In this document: positions 55,672 through 64,000 of the stretch, one piece after another | How positions within the stretch are numbered: the first letter of the stretch is position 1 | How the letters are laid out: each line of letters starts with the position of its first letter | Origin: Eledone cirrhosa | Taxonomy: Eukaryota | Assembly (NCBI GenBank): GCA_964016885.1 | Contig: OZ024740.1 | Coordinates: forward strand, 427,428,001 to 427,492,000 | Direction of reading: 5' to 3' | Length of the DNA: 64,000 bases | Program-made: the position numbers and the translations under genes | Notes under the pieces: generated by a model | What the model was told of the DNA's origin: nothing | The model's input: only the letters and a program-made list of their open reading frames with translations | The model's database searches: none

Positions 55672-56184
55672 AGTCTATGTTAGAATATGAAAAACTTCTG
55701 GGTAACGCCTTCCAGAATTTAGTTACTTCCCTTTATGATCTGGTTTCAAATACTTATAAGATCTGCATTGCTTTCCATTCCTCGTGGGTCATTAAAACAA
55801 GCATCATAGATCTATTATGTCAATTAACTTCCCCCAAAAATAGTTTTATGGCCTCATTAACTATTCTTCTTTATGCCTTATTAACTATTCACAATTTGTC
55901 TGACATTAATAGTTATAATTCTTAAATCAAACATAACTAGGAACATCTTCCCATGTCCAGCATCTTCTCTGATTACTTATTACATCAAAGTAAGCCAATA
56001 AAGTTAATTCCTTGGTAGCCCAGTGTAAGTTTGTTCCAGTGCACTTTACGATGCGTCTATCATGTTATTTGTTTGTATTGTTTCACAAATTCTTTACCCC
56101 CCAGCCTTTCGTTTAGAACAACCTTCTCTCGGTATTTACATACATCTTGTGTCAGGTGTTTAATATAAGGCGTAAATAAGGTTC

Positions 56185-56540
56185 TACTGCACGGCGGGGG
56201 GCTGAGGAGGCCAAACTCTCCAAATACCGGTCGCTCTCCGACAGGTTTGCGGTTGTACCCTTGGCAATGGAGACTTCTGGTGTCCTCGGCCCTAGGGCTA
56301 CCTCCCTACTCATCACCATAGTTGCTGAGCTGGCAAACCGCAGATGTGAGTCTCGCGAGCTGGAATGGCATTTCCAACGCGTCTCCCTTGCCGTCCACTG
56401 GGGAAACACCTCCTCCATTCTGTCCGCGGGGACTGTTGGAGGCGACCAATATGATTGATTGACTTCTCATTTTATCAGTTAGATCTTTTTAGACATTACC
56501 CAGAAATCTTCAGGATTTTAATATAAAACTACTACTACTG
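56185..56540 (+). mobile_element. CRE-clade RLE LINE 3' end
   Basis: AEEAKLSKYRSLSDRFAVVPLAMETSGVLGPRA...ESRELEWHFQRVSLAVHWGNTSSIL. A shorter relative (EWLLHRVSIAVLRVN) lies near 25640-25700. Confidence 0.75.
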
Positions 56541-57077
56541 TTTTATTTTGTTTTCATGTACATATATATTAAACAATCACAAACACCTAGGGGTAAATTG
56601 TTTGATAGGGTTTCACTTTTATTTTACACTGAAATGTCCGGACACTGCCCGGCTCTTTCGATGTTTTATGCCAGACATTATGCCCTGCAGTGATCTTTCT
56701 ACTTCGTTGCGTGTCGCTGTTTTTGGTCGACTCGTGTTTGTAGACAGCCATTTGTAAATTAATGGGTATTTTTCATACGTTGCCAAAACCTCGGGTTACG
56801 GTGTGGGGTATGCTATGTTGGCTCATACTTTTTGTAGTTTGATTAGTTTGGCCGCTTTTGTCCAGCATGTGTCATTTTCTGAAATATTCATATTGAAAAG
56901 TTGTGTTGCATTTACAACGGTTGCTGCAAATGTATTATTGTTGTTGTCATTGCTGTTGTTGTTATTGTTGTTGTTATGTTGGTCTGTGTTGTCGTTGTTG
57001 CCATTTATATTGTTGTTGTTATCCGTGTTACTGATATGTCCTTATTTTTTTCTGTTATATTTTTGTTGTTGTTACGT

Positions 57078-57345
57078 AACCTAGTGGTAAGGATGTTGGA
57101 CTTACGATCATAATGTCGTGGGTTCGATTTCTGGGCTGGGTTGTGTGTTGGGTTCTTGAACAAAACACTTCATTTCATATAACTACAGTATACTCAGCTG
57201 GAAATGAGAACCAGCAATATATGGGGGTTTAAACCTGCGATGGACTGGTGTCCTGTCCAGGGGTAAACTTGTACTTTCAGTTGCTTCACGCTACGGAACC
57301 GGGTTAAACACGGGCTTGATGAACATCCTGGCTTGAGACAGACTT
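57078..57345 (+). mobile_element. tRNA-derived SINE, family B
   Basis: A-box TAGTGGTAAG, B-box GGTTCGATT, then CTTGAACAAAACACTT..TTTCA..TACTCAGCTG. Confidence 0.7.
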
Positions 57346-57349
57346 TAGT

Positions 57350-58362
57350 ATCACTGGGATTTGAACTCATAACGTAAAGGGCCATAACTATATGCCGCAA
57401 AGCATGTTGTCCGACACTCTACTGATACGGCCAATCCTTCTAATAATAATAATAATTGTTTCTACTTTTGGCACAAGGCCAGCAATTACCTAGTACATTA
57501 CTGGTACTTTATTTTATCGACCCCGTATGGATGAAAGGCCAAGTTAACCTCGGCGGAATTTGAACTCAGAATGGCAAGGGGAGTAACTCTATGCGTCAAA
57601 GCATGGCGTCCGACCCTCTACCCTAATAAAAATAATAATACTAAATTCTAAAATTTGCACAAGGGAACATTATTTGAAATATGGGTTCAAATCCCGCCGA
57701 GTTTAACTTTGCATTTCATCCTTACGGGGTCGATAAAATAAAGTACCAGTAATGTACTGGATAATTGCTGGCCTTGTGCCTAAAGTAGAAACAATTATTT
57801 GAAATATGGGTATTGCACATTCAATTGGAATCCATAGAAGCCTGGTGCTTATTTTAGCAGCCTGCAATGATGAAAAACATAATGATGATTTGACTTCAGT
57901 AGACAAGTCAAGGTATGTATTCGGCCAATTTATCATATTTGCTACTCAAATGCCTTTAACGTATCTTGGTGTTAATTGGGTGAAAAGGACTATAGATGTA
58001 ACGTGACAGTTTGGTCTGTCTTACCATCGTTATACAGTGGCAGTATCGGTAGAGAGTTGGACGCCATGCTTTGTAGCATAGAGTTACGCCGCCGAGGTTG
58101 ACTTTGCCTTTCATCCTTACGGAGTCGATAAAATAAAGTACCAGTAATGCACTGGGTAATTGCTGGCCTTGTGCCTAATGTAGAAACAATTATTAGTGGG
58201 GTTGGAGGCCTTGCTTTTACGCATAGAGTTACGGCCCTTGCCATTCTGAGTTCAAATCCCGCCGAGGTTAACTTTGCCTTTCATCCTTACGGGGGTCGAT
58301 AAAATAAAGTACCAGTAATGTAGTGGGTAATTGCTGGCCTTGTGCCAATAGTAGAAACAATT
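57350..58362. mobile_element. Cluster of family A SINE copies in both orientations
   Basis: Minus: ~57350-57438 and 57455-57622. Plus: ~57684-57800, 58038-58195 and 58210-58362. Confidence 0.85.
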
Positions 58363-58364
58363 TA

Positions 58365-58922
58365 ATGAGGGATTGGCCGAAGAGAAAAGTGTCTGTCTTC
58401 AGTCCTTTCAATCTGGCCCAGAGGTTATATGGTGGACCAGATTGAAAGGATTGAAGACAGACACTTTTCTCTTCGGCCAATCCCTCATCAACCTCTTCAA
58501 GTTTCACCTGGAAAGGAAGGTGAGGGTGGAGAGAGAAATGCCCCCCCCCCCCAAAAAAAAAAACATTTGCTAAAAGGTGGATGAATGTGGCGAGAATCAC
58601 CCGCGTGAATGGGCCTACTCTGACCATGCGCCTATAGAGCAGATAATCTGATGAGGAGAGGGGTGGTCTACCCGGGTGCCCTAAAAGAGTAGGGTGGTTC
58701 AGGATTGGTGGGTTACCTGAGTCACCTCTGAGTCATCCATTCCCCTATAATTTATTTTGTTATATTTATGCATATTTTATTTTATGTTATATCTTCATTG
58801 TTAAATTAGTCTTGCCATTGTGCACTTGAACTCGACCTTATTGTAAACTCCCACTGTCCCTGTCTTTGTATTGTCCCCTACATGTTGGCCCTTGTGGCCA
58901 ATAAATGAAATCATTATTATTA
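58365..58922 (+). mobile_element. Tx1-like LINE 3' fragment with 5' inverted duplication
   Basis: WWTRLKGLKTDTFLFGQSLINLFKFHLERKVRVER followed by a 3'UTR and (ATT)n. 58365-58420 is the reverse complement of 58433-58488. Confidence 0.85.
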
Positions 58923-58944
58923 TTGTTATTTCATATTGTTGTTA

Positions 58945-59172
58945 GGGGCGGTGGATTGGCAGCATCGGTAGAGGGTCGGACGCCATGCTTTGCCGCCCGC
59001 ATAGAGTTACAGCCCTTTATGATCTGAGTGTTAATCCCGCCGAGGTTAACTTTGCCTTTCATCCTTACGGGGTCGTTAAAATAAAGTACCAGTCACGCAC
59101 TGGGGTCGATTCAAATGGACTTTCCCCTCCCCAAATTACTGGCCTTGTGCCTATAGTAGAAATCATTATTAT
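58945..59172 (+). mobile_element. tRNA-derived SINE, family A (full length)
   Basis: Same as 37255. Confidence 0.9.
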
Positions 59173-59604
59173 AGTTGTTTCATCAGATTTGATTTGTTTT
59201 CGACATATCGATTTCCTCTCTGAAATTGACGTCGGCCAGGAACGGTAGGGTGTGACATAGAATGGAACAAGGTCCTAATGAGAAATAGATTGCCTGCGAA
59301 ACGGTGGCCAGTGTTAAATATAAACATAGTTACTGACTCGTGTATCTTGTAATGAAATACACACTCAGGTATAATGCAACTTATTTAATGCCACAATGTA
59401 GCTGTGCAATACCTGTAATTGCATGCTACTCTCTCTTTCTCTCTCTCTCTCTCCATCTATCTATCTATCTATCTCACTCACTGTATCTATCAATCTCTCT
59501 GTATATACATAAATAAATAAATAAATATAAATATATATATATATCATATATATATCATATATATATATATATATATATCATATATCATATATATATATAT
59601 ATAT

Positions 59605-59635
<31 letters not shown>

Positions 59636-59681
59636 CATATATCATATATATATATATATATCATATATATATATATATATA

Positions 59682-59853
<172 letters not shown>

Positions 59854-60514
59854 ATTATATATATATATATGCATATCTATATAATGCATACACATATTCA
59901 TACACATATGCATATTTACTAACATACATACATAATAGACCCAAAAATACATACATAAGTATATACTTACACACATACATAGAGTCATATGTACACATAT
60001 TTCTATGCATGTTAACATATATACATACAAAAACATACGCACATATATATATATTCCTTCTTTTATGCATGCGTACATACACGAACAATTGCCCAAATGC
60101 ACACATATAAACATGTATATGTGTGTGTATCTGTCTTTGTTTCTGTTCGGGTGTGTGTGTTTGTGTACGCACACTCATACATATTTCATATTATTCACAT
60201 GCGCACATTTCTGTAGGAATTTAATAATATTTTGACCAACAGCAAGGGAAGAAATATTACCCTATCTCGTTACACTGGCGAGAATAAATAAATGGCCGGA
60301 CTGTGAGTTTATTTGCAAAGCTATATCTCTCATCTTAGCTTCTGTGAACCTGACATGAGAATGGTAATAAAAAATTGACCAAAAGATATGAAATATGTTA
60401 TCAATTTCTAATCCAGTCATGTAAATAAATAAATAGACAGAGAGACATTGAAGAGCGGTAGGGAGATGTAGCTTTAATATATACATATATACATACACAC
60501 ACATACACACACAG

Positions 60515-60563
<49 letters not shown>

Positions 60564-60659
60564 AGAAAGTATCTGTGAGTGAAGGTTCGCGTGTGTGTTA
60601 TGACAAATGTGAATAGCGTAAGCACACATACGTAAACATTTTCATGCATACGTGCATAT

Positions 60660-60749
<90 letters not shown>

Positions 60750-61850
60750 CTACACACATATACGTATGTGCGTCTCTCTCCATCCACTTTCTCTCTCCCT
60801 CTCTCTGTTATTGAACCTTTATATATATATATATATATTATGAATGAAACTAGAACACCTACTGACAGGTACATGAAGATTACATTTTTAAATTCTTACA
60901 GACCAAATGCTACTCATATCTTTGGTATGAAACCATATTAAGGACACGTGGAATGAAGCTTTGTCTTCTTCTTCTTCTTCTTCTTCTTCTTCTTCTTCTT
61001 CTTCTTCTTCTTCTTCTTCATGTACCCCCCACCAATGAAACGTCAAGCCCTAAATTAGGAACAAATATCATTTTTTGTCTTTAAAAATAACTTCTTAAAA
61101 CAATATTGACATGTTAGGAATAGGAATCGGTCGACAATAACCCAACCTTATTCGCTTCCCGAGTGAGGAGCAGTTCACCAGATTGGACCAAGGAGACCAT
61201 GTTTCCATTAGACTTTCCATTGTTGATACTATCTACTGTTCGTAAGACTTCACAGAAGGAGCAACGTGAAATAAAGTGTCTTGCTTAAGGACATAACGCA
61301 TAATCCGGTAGGGAGTCGAACTCGCAATACCACGATTGCTAACCTAATTCTCTAACGGATAATCCACGGTGTTTCATCATAAGTAAAACTCTTATCGACA
61401 GCAAGAATTACACTGACACTTTCTGCCAAACGAAACCATTTCGACAACATCGCAAGTAAGTAGCGTGTTTATTAGAGTAGTAAATGATATCGAATATTTA
61501 GATATCAATGTTTCCCTGTATTCATCTGTCACACGAATAGATACAGAAACAGACAGAAATATTTGACTATTTCTCCTTAAAAATAGAAATTGGAGGGTTT
61601 TTAATAACTTTGCAAGAGAGAAATTGATAGCAGCATTGACTGGAGTGTGGGGTTAAACCCACTTTGCATGAATTCGGAAAATGAAAACAGCCGAATAACT
61701 GGCAGAAATTACAAGGCACGCAGCAGCAGTATATTTATGTTCCAATACTCTGAGCAGAGAAATAAGTTGGTGGTAGGGGTTTCAGCGACGATTTCTTTTT
61801 TCTTATCTTTGCGTTAAAATATAACAGGTGTGCAGGTTTGATAAAGGGCC

Positions 61851-61869
<19 letters not shown>

Positions 61870-61883
<14 letters not shown>

Positions 61884-62117
61884 ACAGCTAACACCTATGC
61901 AGGTTTAGCTGGCCTCCTCCAAGGTATATCTCGTTGGAGGTGTCTTGGGTGATTTAACGATAGGTAACCCCAGTCCTATCATTTCTACAGCTGAGTAAAC
62001 TGGAGCAACGTGAAATAAAGTGCCTTGCTCAGGGAAACAACACATCACCCGGTTCGAGAATTGAACTCACAACCTTTCGATTGCAAGCCCAATGCTCTAA
62101 CCACTAAACCATGCACC
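61870..62117 (-). mobile_element. tRNA-derived SINE, family B
   Basis: Reverse complement of 62357-62602, with a (CA)n tail. Confidence 0.85.
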
Positions 62118-62356
62118 TTTATATATGGTCAAGGATGGTAAGAATGTACCTATAATTTATAATGAGTTCTGGGATTTTATAATGAGTACCATAGGCTTCA
62201 TTGGAAATGCACCACGATGAAGCTGCGCAAAAAACCTAGTTGATGCACCCGAAGATGCAGTGGTCATTTATTGGTGCCTTGACTCTAATTTTTATGACTC
62301 TGATAAAAAACAGCAGACTCCCGTAGTTTCATGCGAGAGTTACTACAACATCTTTT

Positions 62357-62602
62357 GGTGCATGGCTTAGTGGTTAGAGCATTGGGCTTGCAATCGAAAG
62401 GTTGTGAGTTCAATTCTCGGACCGGGTGATGTGTTGTTTCCTTGAGCAAGACACTTTATTTCACGTTGCTCCAGTTTACTCAGCTGTAGAAATGAGATGA
62501 TAGGACTGGGGTACCTATCATTAAATCACCCAAGACACCTCCAACGAGATATACCTTGGAGGGGCCAGTTAAACCTGCATAGGTGTGAGCTGTCACACAC
62601 AC
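62357..62602 (+). mobile_element. tRNA-derived SINE, family B
   Basis: TGGCTTAGTGGTTAGAGCATTGGGCTTGCAATCGAAAGGTTGTGAGTTCAATTCT tRNA-like head, followed by body and (CA)n. Confidence 0.85.
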
Positions 62603-62884
62603 ATACTTGATGCACATCCGTTCTTTTTATTTTTGTGAAGGTTGAGGATGTATAAACTTCTTCAGATAAGATACTGCACCATCCTTGTTTTTGTTGTGGG
62701 GTTTAGTTTGTTGCGCTAATTTAGTGTTACTTTTGCTGTGTATGACCTATGTAATGTGAGTTGTGTTATTTGATAATAATATTCAAGAGTATATTTTCTC
62801 TGTGTTGTGTGGCTTTATGAGGTACTTATTGTATATCGTGTGTGCTGTGTGTGAAGATTTTGTTTTTCCTTTGACCTGCGATCA

Positions 62885-63790
62885 TTTAATCGATATCATG
62901 CGCAGGATCCGGGCTGTTCCTAGCAGATTGGATTGATATTTTTATATCTTGTGAAACCTAGTATGTCTTCTATGATTTTTTTTTTACATATTTCTTTTTC
63001 AACACACCCAGTGCTGCGATTATTATTGGTAGTGATTTAATATTTGTGTCCCCCATCTTGTGTATTTCAAATCCAACATCCTTTTATTTTGACAGTTTTC
63101 CATTTCTTTTCTAACAATATTTTTGTCAGAAGGGATTGCTATGGATATCAAATTGCAATTTTGTTTTTATTTCATATTACGTCTGACTGGTCTGCCTTGA
63201 TTTCTTCAGTAGTTTTGACTGTCATATCCCAGTAAATTGTAGCTATGTACCGTGTTGGGTATATCTTTATACCAGTTCTTGTCCAGCTTCACGTCGAACA
63301 TATGACATATTGCATAGGACAGGGGTGGGCAAACCTTTTGGATCGGGGGCCACATTTACTGGGCCATGAAAAGCAGAGGGCCGCACCATTTATTATTGGA
63401 TATAGTACAGTATAGTATAGTACTAGATAGTATTGCATATAGTACAGTATAGTATAGTATAGTATAGTACTAGATAATATTCGATATAGTGTGTCAGTGA
63501 TCTTACTTTTCTTCAGTTAGAATTAAGAAAATATAAAATATAAACTGCATCATTAGAATACATAAATTAATTAAATGATTAAGTACAAAAATCTTAAAAC
63601 AAAGTTTTCTTTTAGTTTGTACATCACAAAACATTAAGTTTTATATACGAAAATTTGTTGAATTTTTTTTTTTTTTATTAGTTCACCGAATTCTTCCACG
63701 GGTCACACAAAACTCTTTGGCGGGCCGCATATGGCCTGTGGGTCGTAGTTTGCCCACCCCTGGCATAGGAGATAGAGCTGAATATTTTTT
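62885..63790 (-). mobile_element. Decayed R4/Dong-like RLE LINE 3' fragment interrupted by a hAT MITE
   Basis: ICHMFDVKLDKNWYKDIP, IYWDMTVKTTEEIKADQSDVI, LPIIIAALG and LLGTARILR. Confidence 0.7.
63320..63762. mobile_element. hAT (Charlie-type) MITE, 443 bp
   Basis: 15-bp TIRs CAGGGGTGGGCAAAC / GTTTGCCCACCCCTG, and an 8-bp TSD GCATAGGA at 63312-63319 and 63763-63770. Confidence 0.95.
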
Positions 63791-64000
63791 ACCTTTTCAA
63801 ATTACATATTAATTATCATATCTTTGCTGTTGATTTGGGTAGTGTTTTAGGAGGTTTTCTAATTTGCTTTTATTTCCTGTAACGTTTTTAATGTCCCTAT
63901 ACAGGAGCTGATTTTATTCATCAAGTTTGTTAGTAGAGTCAAAGCAAGTCAAACAAAGAAGGGGGTCAAAATTCCTATTTTTAGCGCGTATAGACTGGAT

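Noticed and set aside
62357-62425. tRNA gene
   Set aside because: tRNA-like A/B boxes continue into a SINE body and there is no proper acceptor stem.

Overview
Repeat-dominated eukaryotic DNA with no recognisable host gene, rRNA, true tRNA or CRISPR. The dense microsatellites and tRNA-SINE families suggest a cephalopod (octopus-like) genome, which is an inference. Almost all ORF-track entries are microsatellite or satellite artefacts, or decayed transposon ORFs. Recognisable elements are Tx1/L1-type LINE copies (one with an 18-bp TSD), a Penelope-like element (RT + GIY-YIG), R4/Dong-, CRE-, CR1- and RTE-type LINE fragments, two tRNA-SINE families, a non-autonomous Helitron, a hAT MITE, a 35-bp minisatellite and a ~9.7-kb ~23-bp satellite. 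The most notable signal is a hammerhead-ribozyme (HHR) system. A near-perfect 310-bp tandem array (21241-24566) carries 10 intact minimal type I HHRs, arranged as a head-to-head palindrome inside (TA)n. A second ~430-bp HHR family has the same architecture (12969-13895), and several smaller palindromes carry intact, variant or decayed HHR motifs. These look like non-autonomous retrozyme/Penelope-pLTR elements integrated by two-ended priming or fold-back. Everything was read by eye, so boundaries of decayed elements are approximate.
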